DNA from: Gammaproteobacteria bacterium
GTDB taxonomy: Bacteria > Pseudomonadota > Gammaproteobacteria > Natronospirales > REEB76
Assembly (NCBI GenBank): GCA_028870845.1
Contig: JAGWOR010000002.1
Coordinates: forward strand, 51,624-115,623
DNA: 64,000 nucleotides
Reading direction: 5' to 3'
Shown: positions 18,352 to 29,209 of the stretch, in pieces
Numbering within the stretch: the stretch's first letter is position 1
Layout: each line of letters begins with the position of its first letter
Translations under genes and position numbers: made by a program
The notes under the pieces: model-generated
The model's input: the letters and a program-made list of their open reading frames with translations, nothing else
Databases searched by the model: none
Told to the model about the DNA's origin: nothing

Positions 18352-18825
18352 TCAATGCCGCAGCAGGCGTTCTTTCTGGCGCTGCCAGTCGCGCTGTTTT
18401 TCGGTGGCGCGCTTGTCGTGGGCCTGCTTGCCCTTGGCCAGGCCGATTTCCAGTTTGGCGCGGCCTTTTTTCCAGTACAGCGCCAGCGGCACCAGGGTGT
18501 AGCCCTTGCGCTCCACCGCGCCGAGGAGCCGGTCCAGTTCCGGGCGGTTGAGCAGCAGCTTGCGGGTGCGGGTGGGATCAGGCTGTATGTGGCTGGAGGC
18601 CGAGCTCAAGGGGCTGAAGTGGGCGCCCAGCAGCCAGGCTTCGTTGTTCTTGATCACCACATAGCTTTCGGTAATCTGGGCTTTGGAGGCGCGCGCGCTT
18701 TTCACCTCCCAGCCTTGCAATGCCATACCTGCTTCCAGGCGTTCCTCAATGAAATAATCGAAACGGGCGCGTTTATTCAGCGCAATGGTTGCGGTACCGG
18801 GGCGTTCTTCTGTTTTGCCGCGCAT
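18352..18825 (-). CDS. smpB: SsrA-binding protein
   Basis: [33 protein letters not shown]. Confidence 0.97.
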   Translation of the reverse strand: MRGKTEERPGTATIALNKRARFDYFIEERLEAGMALQGWEVKSARASKAQITESYVVIKNNEAWLLGAHFSPLSSASSHIQPDPTRTRKLLLNRPELDRLLGAVERKGYTLVPLALYWKKGRAKLEIGLAKGKQAHDKRATEKQRDWQRQKERLLRH

Positions 18826-18922
18826 GGCGGGATTATACCGGTCAGAGGTTGTGCTGCCTGAGTGTATGCTTCAAAATCGCTGATGCATGCCAGTTCGCAG
18901 AATATCCCCGCATTGAGCCATC

Positions 18923-19360
18923 ATGCGCACCGTCAATAAAACTGCACTGGTGCCCTACACGGCTGAAGCCATGTATGCACTGGTCAATGATGTGGGGCGT
19001 TATCCGGAATTTCTTCCCTGGTGCCGCAAAGCCGAGGTGCTCTCGGAAACCGCAACTGAGATGCATGCCAGAATCGAATTGGCGCGGGGTGGAGTGCATA
19101 AGGTTTTCAGCACCCGCAACCGCATGCAGCCTGGCAGGCAAATATCAATCAGCCTGGAACATGGGCCATTCCGCTACTTGCAGGGATACTGGAATTTTGA
19201 GGACCTGGGCGAGGCTGGATCCAAAGTATCGCTGAAAATGGAATTTGAATTCTCCAGTAAATTACTGGACATGATGGCGGGGCCGGTGTTCCATGAAATA
19301 TGCAATTCGCTGATATCGGCATTTATCCGGCGCGCAGCTCAATTGAACCACAAGCAATGA
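18923..19360 (+). CDS. ratA: RatA/PasT (START/Coq10-like) protein
   Basis: MY.LVNDV..YPEFLPWC, GPF..L.G.W.F, AF..RA. Confidence 0.93.
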   Translation: MRTVNKTALVPYTAEAMYALVNDVGRYPEFLPWCRKAEVLSETATEMHARIELARGGVHKVFSTRNRMQPGRQISISLEHGPFRYLQGYWNFEDLGEAGSKVSLKMEFEFSSKLLDMMAGPVFHEICNSLISAFIRRAAQLNHKQ

Positions 19361-19364
19361 AACA

Positions 19365-19655
19365 ATGCGTATCACCTTGATCTATGCGCTGCCTGATCAG
19401 CAGTTCCAGATGGAACTGCAACTGCACGCGGGCACAACCGCGAGTAGCGCGATTGAACATTCAGGAATCCTGCGTAGCTATCCCGCGATGGATCTGGCAA
19501 AACATCAAATCGGGATCATGGGGCGTTGTGTCACGCCTGACTATGTATTGAGCGACGGCGACCGACTGGAAATTTACCGGCCGCTGGTACGCGACCCAAA
19601 ACAGGCGCGCAGGCAGCGGGCAAAAAACAAATGCAGTCCGGATCCGAAAGCCTGA
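19365..19655 (+). CDS. rnfH: RnfH/RatB ubiquitin-like protein
   Basis: YALPD.Q, GDR.EIYRPL..DPK.ARR.RA. Confidence 0.93.
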   Translation: MRITLIYALPDQQFQMELQLHAGTTASSAIEHSGILRSYPAMDLAKHQIGIMGRCVTPDYVLSDGDRLEIYRPLVRDPKQARRQRAKNKCSPDPKA

Positions 19656-19665
19656 AGCCGGCCTG

Positions 19666-19998
19666 TCAGCCGCGTGCGTTTTTGGGTGGCATCGGCTGTT
19701 CGATGCTGGTGACTTTGCCGTCCTTAAACACAATCACCACATGCTGTCTGGAGATGTTGGTGTTCTCGTCGAGACTGCTTGGGCGGTCGTAGTAGACGTA
19801 GTCCCAACGATCCGGATGGAAGGGATCTGTGATCATGGGCGGCCCCATGATCAAACGCACCTGTGCCTCGGTCATGCCGGGCTTGATCTGGGCGATCATG
19901 TCGGGTTTGAGAAAGTTACCCTGCCTGATATCGGGACGATAGACGCAGGCGGCCAACGATATGGCCGTGATCATCATCGCAAGTTGGACTAAACGCAT
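19666..19998 (-). CDS. bamE: Outer membrane assembly lipoprotein BamE (SmpA/OmlA)
   Basis: Lipobox LAAC, YRPDIRQGN, GMT..QV...MG.P...DPF..DRWDY; divergent from fur. Confidence 0.93.
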   Translation of the reverse strand: MRLVQLAMMITAISLAACVYRPDIRQGNFLKPDMIAQIKPGMTEAQVRLIMGPPMITDPFHPDRWDYVYYDRPSSLDENTNISRQHVVIVFKDGKVTSIEQPMPPKNARG

Positions 19999-20070
19999 GG
20001 TGAATGAGGCAAGTTTGCGTTGCGTATCAGGGGAGGCATAATACCCGACTCGCACCATCACGAGAAGTAT

Positions 20071-20511
20071 ATGAACGAGAAAATTACCGTGGAAAACCAG
20101 GAACTTCGCAACGCAGGTCTCAAGGTTACCTTGCCGCGGATCAAAATTCTTGAAATTCTCGAGCGTAGCGACCAGCGCCATATGAGTGCCGAGGACATGT
20201 ACAAGGCTTTACTGGACTCCGGGGAGGATATCGGCCTGGCCACGGTTTACAGGGTGCTGACGCAGTTCGAATCGGCCGGCCTGGTCACACGCCAGCATTT
20301 TGAAGGCGGGCACTCGGTGTTTGAATTGAACCAGGGCAGCCACCATGACCATATCGTTTGCGTGAAATGCGGCCGCGTGGATGAATTCATCGATAGCGAG
20401 ATTGAAAAACGCCAGAAGCAGATTGCCACTGCCAAAGGCTATGAAATCACGGATCACTCTCTCTATATTTACGGGATTTGCGCCAGCTGTAGAAAAACGC
20501 TGCCCAAGTAG
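20071..20511 (+). CDS. fur: Ferric uptake regulator
   Basis: AGLKVTLPR, IGLATVYRVLTQF, HHDH..C..C. Confidence 0.97.
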   Translation: MNEKITVENQELRNAGLKVTLPRIKILEILERSDQRHMSAEDMYKALLDSGEDIGLATVYRVLTQFESAGLVTRQHFEGGHSVFELNQGSHHDHIVCVKCGRVDEFIDSEIEKRQKQIATAKGYEITDHSLYIYGICASCRKTLPK

Positions 20512-20513
20512 CT

Positions 20514-22190
20514 TCAGGCTTCTTGCGCCGCACGCGCGATCATTTCTTGCGCATGTTTGCGTGTGGTTTCCGTGATTTCTACGCCGCCCAGCATGCGTGC
20601 GAGTTCCTCGATCCTGCTTTTCTTGTCCAGGCTTTCTAACGCAGTCTGAACATTCTGGCCATGACTGCTTTTAACCACGCGGTAATGCTGATGTGCCTGT
20701 GAAGCCACTTGTGGCAGATGTGTGACGCACAGCACCTGGCGTTTGTTGCCAAGGCTGCGCAGCCGCCGGCCGACGATCTCGGCAACCCCGCCGCCAATTC
20801 CGGCGTCAACCTCATCGAAAATCATGGTTGGGATCATGCTGGCCTGGGCGGCGACCACCTGGATCGCCAGGGCGATGCGCGAGAGCTCGCCACCGGAAGC
20901 CACCTTTGCCATGGTTTTGAGCGGTTGGCCCTGGTTGGCGCTTACCTGGAATTCAGCCTGGTCGATCCCGCAGGTGGAAAAACGTTCGGCTTCAGAATGG
21001 ATCTCGATGGCGAAGCGGCCGCCGGGCATGCCCAGTTCGCGCATCGCCAGGCTGACCTTCTTGCCGAGTTCGGCGGCAGCCTGCCGGCGCTGATTGCTTA
21101 GACGTTGGGAGTGCCTGCGGTAGGCATCACGCAGGCTGTGCAACTGCGTCTCCAGTTCCTGGAGTGCAACCCCGGCATTTTCGAGGTTTTCGAGTTCCAT
21201 GCGCAGCCTGGCGAGCAGCTCCGGCAAGTGCTGTGGTTCCACATGGTGCTTGCGTGCCACATCATGGATTGCGCCCAGGCGGTTTTCCACCCAATTCAGG
21301 CGCTCGGGGTCGGTCTCGCTGGCGTGCAAATACCGGCGTAGCGCTTCGCAGGCATCGCTAAGCTGGATTTCAGCGGAATTCAGCGTCGCGGTGATTTCCT
21401 GGAGACGCGGGTCCAGTGCGCGCAATGTCTCAAGGTTGTTAAGCGCTTGATGGAAAATGCGGTATGCCGAGTTTTCCTCGTTTTCATACAGACCATCCAG
21501 TGCGGCCTGGGCGCCCTGCATGAGCCTGCCGCCATTGGCCAGGCGTCGGTGTTCTTCATCCAAACTGGAGATTTCACCGGGGCTTAATCCCAAAGCCTCC
21601 AGTTCTCCAGCCTGGTGGCGCAGAAGCTCCAGTTGCTGTTCGCGGTGGCTGGCCGCTGCTTGCAGCGCAGCCAGGCGTTCATTCGTTGATTTCCACTTGC
21701 TGTACAGACTGGCGGTTTCTTCCAGCAAGCTGCCGTGGTTTCCAAAGCCATCCAGCAATGCCAGCTGCGAGGCGGGCCTCAGCAAAGACTGATGCTCGTG
21801 CTGGCCGTGAATATCCACCAGCTGCTCTCCCAGCTCCTTCAGCAACTGCATGGGTACGCTGCGGCCGTTGATCAAGCCGCGTGAACGGCCATCATGCCCG
21901 ATGATGCGCCGCAGAATGCATTCATTATCAGCAGTCAGTTCATTGCTCTCGAGCCACTGCTGTGCGCTGCGCAGGCTGCGGATGTCAAATTCAGCAGTAA
22001 TTTCCGCACGCTCTGTTCCGTGGCGGACCACGCCTGCGTCAGCACGGTCGCCCAGTACCAGGCCAAGGGCATCCACCAGTATGGATTTACCGGCGCCGGT
22101 TTCTCCCGTGAGCACACTCATCCCGGAGGTCAGGTCCAATTCCAGTGTGTCGATGATGGCAAAATCGCGTACTGCGATGTGCGTAAGCAT
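20514..22190 (-). CDS. recN: DNA repair protein RecN
   Basis: TGETGAGKS Walker A, HGQHEHQ, ASGGELSR, IFDEVDAG, THLPQVA. Confidence 0.97.
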   Translation of the reverse strand: MLTHIAVRDFAIIDTLELDLTSGMSVLTGETGAGKSILVDALGLVLGDRADAGVVRHGTERAEITAEFDIRSLRSAQQWLESNELTADNECILRRIIGHDGRSRGLINGRSVPMQLLKELGEQLVDIHGQHEHQSLLRPASQLALLDGFGNHGSLLEETASLYSKWKSTNERLAALQAAASHREQQLELLRHQAGELEALGLSPGEISSLDEEHRRLANGGRLMQGAQAALDGLYENEENSAYRIFHQALNNLETLRALDPRLQEITATLNSAEIQLSDACEALRRYLHASETDPERLNWVENRLGAIHDVARKHHVEPQHLPELLARLRMELENLENAGVALQELETQLHSLRDAYRRHSQRLSNQRRQAAAELGKKVSLAMRELGMPGGRFAIEIHSEAERFSTCGIDQAEFQVSANQGQPLKTMAKVASGGELSRIALAIQVVAAQASMIPTMIFDEVDAGIGGGVAEIVGRRLRSLGNKRQVLCVTHLPQVASQAHQHYRVVKSSHGQNVQTALESLDKKSRIEELARMLGGVEITETTRKHAQEMIARAAQEA

Positions 22191-22198
22191 GTCTGGAC

Positions 22199-23098
22199 TC
22201 AGTCCTTGCGCTGTTGATGCAATGCGCGTCCCCAGTGGAGTTTGTTACGCAGGATGCGGTAGTAATCGTGCTCTTGCGGATGGATCAGTGTCACACTGTC
22301 GGCGGAGCGGCGTACCCGCACCCGGTCGTTGGCCGACAAGCTTTGGGTATTCTGCCCGTCGCTGCTTACCTGGGGATTGCCGCCGTGGGTGTCGTTTATG
22401 ACGATCTCAATTTCATTGTCACCGCGTACAACGATGGGACGGTCGCCAAGCGCATGCGGGCAGATTGGCACAAGGATCATGGCGTCCACGCTGGGGTGCA
22501 GTATGGAACCGCCGCCGGAGAGCGCGTATGCAGTGGAACCGGTAGGCGAGGCTATAATGATTCCGTCGGCCCTGTGCGCGCAGACGAAATCGCCATTCAC
22601 ATAAGTCTCGAACTCAATCAACCTCCCGCCAGCTGATTTCTGTATGACCACATCATTCAAAGAAGGCAGGCATGGTACGCGCGCGTCGGGCCGTACGATT
22701 TCCGATTCCAGCAGCAGCCGTTGCTCCGCGTGGTAATCGCCGCGCAGTATGGCGCTGATTTCAGCCTGCATGGTGTCAGGCGAAATATCGGTGAGAAACC
22801 CCAGGCGTCCGAGGTTGATACCCACCAGCGGCACCATATGCGAGGTGAAGATATGCACGGCGTGCAACAGGGTGCCATCGCCGCCGATGGAAATGGCCAA
22901 ATCCGCCTGCGCGCTGATTTGCGCATGGTCGGCAAATTCCCACGCTCTGGCATCTTTGATCAGGCTGCGTAGCGAGGTTTCAACCAGAATCCGGACACCC
23001 AGGGTTTGCAGGTGCGAAAGCAGTAACTCGAGTGCAGTGGATATGCCTGAGTCACCGGTTCGGCCGAGGATGGCGATGCTGGAAAAGCGCTTTGGCAT
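22199..23098 (-). CDS. nadK: NAD+ kinase
   Basis: GGDGT, GINLGRLGFL, ADG.IIASPTGSTAYALSGGG. Confidence 0.96.
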   Translation of the reverse strand: MPKRFSSIAILGRTGDSGISTALELLLSHLQTLGVRILVETSLRSLIKDARAWEFADHAQISAQADLAISIGGDGTLLHAVHIFTSHMVPLVGINLGRLGFLTDISPDTMQAEISAILRGDYHAEQRLLLESEIVRPDARVPCLPSLNDVVIQKSAGGRLIEFETYVNGDFVCAHRADGIIIASPTGSTAYALSGGGSILHPSVDAMILVPICPHALGDRPIVVRGDNEIEIVINDTHGGNPQVSSDGQNTQSLSANDRVRVRRSADSVTLIHPQEHDYYRILRNKLHWGRALHQQRKD

Positions 23099-23152
23099 AT
23101 GGCCGGCAACGTTAGCATGGGCGTTGGGGAGAGCCCAATACCGCGCATAATC

Positions 23153-23182
23153 TTGACAGTACAGACTCTGGGTTGCTAGCTT
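23153..23182 (+). promoter_or_regulatory. Sigma70-type promoter of hrcA
   Basis: TTGACA-N18-TAGCTT with a TG extension, immediately upstream of CIRCE. Confidence 0.6.
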
Positions 23183-23187
23183 TCATT

Positions 23188-23214
23188 TTGGCACTCCTGA
23201 GTGATGAGTGCCAA
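23188..23214. promoter_or_regulatory. CIRCE operator (HrcA site)
   Basis: TTGGCACTC-N9-GAGTGCCAA (consensus TTAGCACTC-N9-GAGTGCTAA). Confidence 0.92.
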
Positions 23215-23244
23215 AATGATACGTTATGGGTGACTGCGATCATC

Positions 23245-24309
23245 ATGATGACTAACAGCATTACTGCCAAAGGCTTGAATGAACGTGCCCAGCACCTTCT
23301 CAAGGTACTGGTGGAACACTACATACGCGATGGTGAACCAGTGGGCTCGCGTACCTTATCGCGGGATTCCGGCCTGGAACTAAGCCCCGCCAGCATCCGC
23401 AATGTCATGGCGGATCTTGAAGAACTGGGGTTTATCGCCGCACCGCACACTTCCGCCGGCCGGGTGCCAACCGTTAAAGGCTACCGGCTGTTCGTGGATA
23501 CCTTGCTGGCCATCAAACCGCTGGAACAGCAGGAAATACACTTGATACAGCAGAAGCTGACCAGCAACGACCTCAACCAGCGGTCGCTGCTGGCATCCGC
23601 ATCCACAATGTTGTCCGCCATTACCAGGATGGCTGGAGTGGTGACATTGCCGCGACGCGAGTACATCGCCTGGCGGCATATCGAATTCCTGCCGCTATCC
23701 GAACATCGTGTGCTGGCGATTTTGGTGATCAATGAAGGGGAAGTGCAGAACCGGATTTTGAAGCTGGACCACTCTTATGATTCCAATACACTGCAGCAGA
23801 TCAGCAATTACCTGAACACGCACTTCACGGGTAAGGAAATTCACGCGGCCCGCGCTGAGCTCTTGAATGAACTCAACCGTACTCGCGTGAACATGAACAA
23901 CCTGATGCTGGCGGCGATCTCCATGGCGGAGAAAGTATTTGAGGGCCAGGGCCGTGAAACTGGCCGGAGTTATGTCATTGCCGGAGAAACAAATCTTATG
24001 GAATGGGCCGAACTATCGGATGTTGAGAAGTTACGCCGGCTGTTCGACGCTTTCAACCAGCAACGGGACATTTTGCATTTGCTGGACAAGTGTATTGCAG
24101 CGGATGGCGTTCAAATTTTCATCGGCGAGGAATCTGGCTACGGTGTTTTGGATGAATGCAGCGTGGTTACCGCGCCTTACAGTGTTGGTGACGAGGTAGT
24201 GGGGGTTCTTGGAGTGATCGGACCGACACGCATGGCCTATGAAAGGGTGATTCCGATTGTAGACCTGACGGCTAAACTGCTTGGCGCCGCCTTGAATCCA
24301 CATAAATAA
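23245..24309 (+). CDS. hrcA: Heat-inducible transcription repressor
   Basis: EPVGSR.L, LSPASIRNVMADLE..G....PHTSAGRVPT..GYR, GVIGPTRM.Y. Confidence 0.97.
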   Translation: MMTNSITAKGLNERAQHLLKVLVEHYIRDGEPVGSRTLSRDSGLELSPASIRNVMADLEELGFIAAPHTSAGRVPTVKGYRLFVDTLLAIKPLEQQEIHLIQQKLTSNDLNQRSLLASASTMLSAITRMAGVVTLPRREYIAWRHIEFLPLSEHRVLAILVINEGEVQNRILKLDHSYDSNTLQQISNYLNTHFTGKEIHAARAELLNELNRTRVNMNNLMLAAISMAEKVFEGQGRETGRSYVIAGETNLMEWAELSDVEKLRRLFDAFNQQRDILHLLDKCIAADGVQIFIGEESGYGVLDECSVVTAPYSVGDEVVGVLGVIGPTRMAYERVIPIVDLTAKLLGAALNPHK

Positions 24310-24319
24310 GCTCCAAATA
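24291..24319 (+). promoter_or_regulatory. Possible sigma32 promoter for grpE
   Basis: CTTGAA-N14-CTCCAAATA, imperfect match to CTTGAA...CCCCATNTA. Confidence 0.45.
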
Positions 24320-24391
24320 GAAAGTTTGGAGTTCGCTGGGCATGCGGCAATTCAACCTCAGGCCCGGCGTGTTTAGGTATTGGAGGAAGTT

Positions 24392-24937
24392 ATGAGTAAA
24401 CCGCAGACGGAACCGCCAGCAGAAGCCGCTGAACACGGGGAAGCAATGGTTGTGGATCCTCAGGGCGAACTGAAATCGGCACTCGCGGAGGCGCAGCAGG
24501 AAGCCGCCCGTAACCGGGATGGCTATTTGCGCATGGCGGCCGAGCTGGACAACCTGCGCAAACGCGCCCAACGCGACCTGGAGAATGCCCATAAATACGC
24601 GCTGGAACGTTTTCTCGCGGAGCTGCTTCCGGTGCAGGACAGCCTGGAGCTGGGAATAGCCAATGCCGATGCTGGCGAGATCAGTCTCAAGGAGGGCATG
24701 CAAATGACCCTCAAGCTGTTATCCACGGCACTGGAGCGCGCAGGAATCCGCGAATTAAACCCCGCCAAAGGCGATAATTTCGACCCGGAGCTGCAGGAAG
24801 CCATGGCAATGCAGGAATCCTCCGATGCAGCCCCTGGAACGGTTTTACAGACCATGCAAAAGGGCTATCAGCTCAACAGCCGCCTGCTGCGGCCGGCCAG
24901 GGTGATTGTGGCCAAGGCGCCCGGGGCGGATGCTTGA
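24392..24937 (+). CDS. grpE: Nucleotide exchange factor GrpE
   Basis: LR..AE..N.RKR, LLPV.D.LE, QKGY.LN.RLLRPA.V.V; GGAGG SD. Confidence 0.97.
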   Translation: MSKPQTEPPAEAAEHGEAMVVDPQGELKSALAEAQQEAARNRDGYLRMAAELDNLRKRAQRDLENAHKYALERFLAELLPVQDSLELGIANADAGEISLKEGMQMTLKLLSTALERAGIRELNPAKGDNFDPELQEAMAMQESSDAAPGTVLQTMQKGYQLNSRLLRPARVIVAKAPGADA

Positions 24938-24962
24938 AAGCCGGTTGAATTAACCCCATCTA
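24933..24962 (+). promoter_or_regulatory. Sigma32 (RpoH) promoter of dnaK
   Basis: CTTGAAA-N14-CCCCATCTA, near-consensus. Confidence 0.85.
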
Positions 24963-25009
24963 CCTGACCAGAAAGCATTTTCAGCGTATTAATTCGGAGA
25001 ATTTAATCC

Positions 25010-26929
25010 ATGAGCAAAATCATCGGCATCGACCTGGGAACCACCAATTCCTGCGTGGCAGTGATGGAAGGCGGCAAGCCCAAGGTCATTGAGAACAGCG
25101 AGGGCGACCGCACCACACCGTCCATCGTGGCCTTTACCAAGGATAACGAGGTGGTAGTGGGCCAATCGGCCAAGCGCCAGGCGGTCACCAATCCCAATAA
25201 CACCCTGTACGCCATCAAGCGCCTCATCGGCCGCAAATTTACCGACGAAGTGGTGCAAAAGGACATCGGCATGGTGCCTTACCGCATCGTCAAGGCCGAT
25301 AACGGCGATGCCTGGGTGGAGGTCAATGGCAAAAAGATGGCTCCGCCGGAAATATCCGCCCGGGTGCTGCAGAAAATGAAGAAAACCGCCGAGGACTATC
25401 TCGGGGAAGCGGTCAGCGAAGCGGTGATCACCGTACCGGCCTATTTCAATGACTCCCAGCGCCAGGCCACCAAGGACGCCGGCAAGATTGCCGGCCTGGA
25501 TGTGAAACGCATCATCAACGAACCCACCGCCGCGGCCCTGGCCTACGGCATGGACAAGGTCACCGGCGACCGCAAAATCGCCGTCTACGACCTGGGCGGC
25601 GGTACTTTCGACATCTCCATCATCGAGATCGCCGAGGTGGATGGCGAGCATCAGTTTGAGGTGCTGTCCACCAACGGTGATACGTTCCTGGGCGGCGAGG
25701 ATTTCGACAAGCGCATCATCGATTACATCGCCGAAGAATTCCGCAAGGAGCAGGGCATCGACGTGCGCAAGGATGCTTTGGCCATGCAGCGTTTAAAGGA
25801 AGCTGCTGAAAAAGCCAAGATCGAGCTTTCCTCGACCCAGCAGACCGAAGTCAACCTGCCGTACATCACCGCGGATGCCAGCGGTCCCAAGCACCTGAAC
25901 ATCAAGCTGACCCGTGCCAAGCTCGAATCCCTGGTGGAGGACCTGATCCAGAAAACCGTGGAGCCGTGCAAGATCGCTTTGAAAGACGCCGGCCTGTCGG
26001 TCAGCGAATTGCATGACGTGATCCTGGTGGGCGGCCAGACGCGCATGCCCAAGGTGCAGGAGACGGTCAAAAACCTGTTTGGCAAGGAGCCCCGCAAGGA
26101 CGTGAATCCCGACGAGGCGGTCGCGGTGGGCGCCGCCATCCAGGCGGGCGTGCTCAAGGGCGACGTCAAGGACGTGCTGTTACTGGATGTCACGCCCCTG
26201 TCCTTGGGCATCGAAACCCTGGGCGGCGTCATGACCAAGCTCATTGAGAAGAACACCACCATACCCACCAAGGCATCACAGGTGTTTTCCACCGCCGATG
26301 ACAACCAGACAGCTGTGACCGTGCATGTGCTGCAGGGCGAGCGCGAGATGGCGCGCGACAACAAGTCACTGGGCCGGTTCGACCTGGCGGATATTCCGCC
26401 GGCGCCGCGCGGCATGCCGCAGATCGAAGTGAGCTTCGACATCGACGCCAACGGCATACTCAACGTGTCCGCCAAGGACAAGGCCACCAACAAGGAACAG
26501 AAAATCACCATCAAGGCGTCCTCCGGACTGTCCAAGGAGGATATCGAGCGCATGGTCAAGGATGCCGAGGCGCACGCCGAGGAAGACCGCAAGGCGCGCG
26601 AACTGGTGGAGGCCCGCAATCAGGCGGACAACCTGGTGCATGCCACGGAAAAATCCCTCAAGGAACTGGGCGACAAGGTCAGCGGTGAGGAACGCGCAAA
26701 TATCGAGGCAGCCGTGCGCGACCTCAAAGAGGTCATTAAAAAGGACGACAAGGGTGTGATTGAAACCAAGACCCAGGCACTGGCGCAGGCATCCGCCAAG
26801 CTTGCCGAACGCATGTACGCTTCCAAGCAGGAGGAGGCCAAGCCTGCGGGCGCACAGGCCGGAGATGGTGAGCACAAGGAAAACGTGGTGGATGCTGAAT
26901 TTGAAGAGCTCAAGGACGACAAGCATTAA
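25010..26929 (+). CDS. dnaK: Chaperone DnaK
   Basis: [34 protein letters not shown] tail. Confidence 0.99.
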   Translation: MSKIIGIDLGTTNSCVAVMEGGKPKVIENSEGDRTTPSIVAFTKDNEVVVGQSAKRQAVTNPNNTLYAIKRLIGRKFTDEVVQKDIGMVPYRIVKADNGDAWVEVNGKKMAPPEISARVLQKMKKTAEDYLGEAVSEAVITVPAYFNDSQRQATKDAGKIAGLDVKRIINEPTAAALAYGMDKVTGDRKIAVYDLGGGTFDISIIEIAEVDGEHQFEVLSTNGDTFLGGEDFDKRIIDYIAEEFRKEQGIDVRKDALAMQRLKEAAEKAKIELSSTQQTEVNLPYITADASGPKHLNIKLTRAKLESLVEDLIQKTVEPCKIALKDAGLSVSELHDVILVGGQTRMPKVQETVKNLFGKEPRKDVNPDEAVAVGAAIQAGVLKGDVKDVLLLDVTPLSLGIETLGGVMTKLIEKNTTIPTKASQVFSTADDNQTAVTVHVLQGEREMARDNKSLGRFDLADIPPAPRGMPQIEVSFDIDANGILNVSAKDKATNKEQKITIKASSGLSKEDIERMVKDAEAHAEEDRKARELVEARNQADNLVHATEKSLKELGDKVSGEERANIEAAVRDLKEVIKKDDKGVIETKTQALAQASAKLAERMYASKQEEAKPAGAQAGDGEHKENVVDAEFEELKDDKH

Positions 26930-27139
26930 GCAATAACCGTCAGGTTATCTATGCTAAAACCGCGCCGGCTGCCCAACGGGCAGTCCGGCGCGGGTAGTTT
27001 GGCGAACAATATGTTGGCAGTCATGGCTGAGGGGATGCGTGGTTCATACCGTAGCACTATCGCGACTGTTGCATGCGGGCGAAAGCCAACCCGAAGCGGC
27101 GCGCGCCGCTTCGGTGTTCTGCATTAGGGTGGCGGCGCA

Positions 27140-28285
27140 ATGAGCAAACGCGATTACTACGAAGTTTTAGGCGTAGCTCGCAATGCGCCTGAGGCCGAGA
27201 TCAAGAAGGCCTACCGACGCTTGGCCATGAAATTCCATCCGGACCGGAATACCGGCGACGCCGGCGCAGAAAGCAAGTTCAAGGAGGCCAAGGAAGCCTA
27301 TGAGGTATTGAGCGATGCGCACAAACGCGCCAGCTACGATCAGTTCGGTCATGCAGGCGTTGAGGCGAGCGCGGCGGCTGGCGGGCGGGCCGGAGGATTC
27401 AATGCCGGTGACGCCTTCGGCGATATTTTCGGCGACATGTTCGGCGATATCTTTGGTACCGGACGCCGTGGTGGACGCGGTCAGCGTGTTTACCGCGGAG
27501 CCGATCTTCGCTATGAACTGGAGCTTGACCTGGAACAGGCGGTATTTGGTGACACGGTTTCCATCCGCATACCAAGCCTGGTCCGTTGTGAGACCTGCGA
27601 GGGAAGCGGCGCAAGAAAGGGCAGCAAACCACAAGCTTGTGCCACTTGCGGAGGTCAGGGCCAGGTCCGCATGCAGCAAGGGTTCTTTTCAATCCAGCAG
27701 ACATGTCCGCGCTGCCATGGCAGCGGCAGCGTGATCAGTGATCCGTGCGAGAAGTGCCATGGCCAGGGTCGTGTCGAGCAGCAACGCAAACTGTCGGTAA
27801 AAGTTCCAGCGGGCGTTGACAGCGGAGACCGTATACGTCTGGGCGGTGAAGGTGAAGCGGGGCCCATGGGCGGTCCCAGTGGCGATCTGTATGTGGAAAT
27901 CGCGGTGCGCGCGCATCCGGTTTTCAATCGTGAAGGCGCGGATTTAATCTGCGAGGTACCGGTTTCGCTGTTGACGGCGGCACTGGGCGGTGAACTCGAG
28001 GTGCCGACCCTGGATGGGCGTGTGATACTCAAGATTCCTCCCGAAACCCAGACCGGCAGAGTTCTACGGCTGCGTGCCAAAGGAGTTAAACCCGTTCGCG
28101 GAGGAGCGCCCGGCGATCTGCTCTGCAGGATCGTGGTGGAAACTCCTGTGAATCTGACCCGTGAGCAGAAGGATATGCTCAAGAAATTGAATGCATCCCT
28201 GCAGTCCGACGGCGGCAGGCATTCACCGCGTGAACGCAGCTGGCTGGATAATGTGAAGCATTTTTTCGAGCGCGCACGCTCATGA
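27140..28285 (+). CDS. dnaJ: Chaperone DnaJ
   Basis: J domain HPD, G/F region, four CxxCxGxG repeats. Confidence 0.99.
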   Translation: MSKRDYYEVLGVARNAPEAEIKKAYRRLAMKFHPDRNTGDAGAESKFKEAKEAYEVLSDAHKRASYDQFGHAGVEASAAAGGRAGGFNAGDAFGDIFGDMFGDIFGTGRRGGRGQRVYRGADLRYELELDLEQAVFGDTVSIRIPSLVRCETCEGSGARKGSKPQACATCGGQGQVRMQQGFFSIQQTCPRCHGSGSVISDPCEKCHGQGRVEQQRKLSVKVPAGVDSGDRIRLGGEGEAGPMGGPSGDLYVEIAVRAHPVFNREGADLICEVPVSLLTAALGGELEVPTLDGRVILKIPPETQTGRVLRLRAKGVKPVRGGAPGDLLCRIVVETPVNLTREQKDMLKKLNASLQSDGGRHSPRERSWLDNVKHFFERARS

Positions 28286-29091
28286 AGCCGTCACCGGCTG
28301 AGGTAACGCGCATCGCCATCCTGGGCGCTGCAGGGCGTATGGGCCGTGCCCTGGTGCGCACCGCAAAAGACATGCCCGGAATACGCATCACTGCGGCCTT
28401 GGTATCACCGAAGAGTCCGGTGATCGGTCAGCAATCAGATGGTGTCGGCTATAGCGCCGGGCTTGAGCAGGCGGTCATGCTGTGTGATGTGGTAGTGGAT
28501 TTTTCAACGCCCGCGGCCAGTGCTGCCGCCTTGGAAATCTGCGCTAGCGCGCGCAAGCCGATGGTAATCGGTGTCACCGGCCTGGATGCGGAATTCCGCA
28601 AGCGACTGCAGGCTGCGGCCAGCCATATCCCGGTGCTGGTGGCACCAAACATGAGTCTGGGTGCGGCCTTGCTGCAGCAGTTTTCGTGGTTTGCGGCTCA
28701 CGCTTTAGGCGGCAATGCGGCTGTCCAGATTCTGGACCGCCATCACCAGCATAAAAAGGATGCGCCCTCCGGTACCGCCCTGGCACTGGGCGAAGCTGTG
28801 GCCGAAGGATGGGGTGTGTCACTGCGGGATCATGCGCACTACACCCGGCAGCTGGAAAATATCCAGGCGCACCCCGGGGAAATACTCTTTGTTTCGGTCA
28901 GAGAAGGCGAGATTGTCGGGGATCACAGCGTCACTTTTACCCGTGGTGCGGAGCATCTGGAACTGACCCATCATGCCCATGACCGTTCGGTATTTGCGTT
29001 TGGAGCATTGACAGCCGCGCGCTGGATCGCAAGCAGGCAACCAGGCTTGTATGGGATGTCTGATGTGCTCGGTTTGAGTCTGCCGCACTGA
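28282..29091 (+). CDS. dapB: 4-hydroxy-tetrahydrodipicolinate reductase
   Basis: [32 protein letters not shown]. Confidence 0.95.
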   Translation: MKPSPAEVTRIAILGAAGRMGRALVRTAKDMPGIRITAALVSPKSPVIGQQSDGVGYSAGLEQAVMLCDVVVDFSTPAASAAALEICASARKPMVIGVTGLDAEFRKRLQAAASHIPVLVAPNMSLGAALLQQFSWFAAHALGGNAAVQILDRHHQHKKDAPSGTALALGEAVAEGWGVSLRDHAHYTRQLENIQAHPGEILFVSVREGEIVGDHSVTFTRGAEHLELTHHAHDRSVFAFGALTAARWIASRQPGLYGMSDVLGLSLPH

Positions 29092-29209
29092 AAGCGTGGA
29101 CTCGCCGCCGATCTTCTATTAAAATCCCCAGAATTTTGCGTCTACCCGCGTCGCAGGTGCGGGACAGGCATATAAGGTCCTGCCGAAAAGATTGACTGAG
29201 GAGGTGCCT

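Noticed and set aside
18923-19655. ratA-rnfH as an accessory toxin-antitoxin module
   Set aside because: Conserved core neighbours of smpB and bamE; RatA is a Coq10-like protein
24989-26926. Long antisense ORFs opposite dnaK, and similar ones opposite ppsA, carB, ftsH, nuo, infB and pnp
   Set aside because: Shadow frames produced by codon bias in conserved genes; no SD or recognisable motifs
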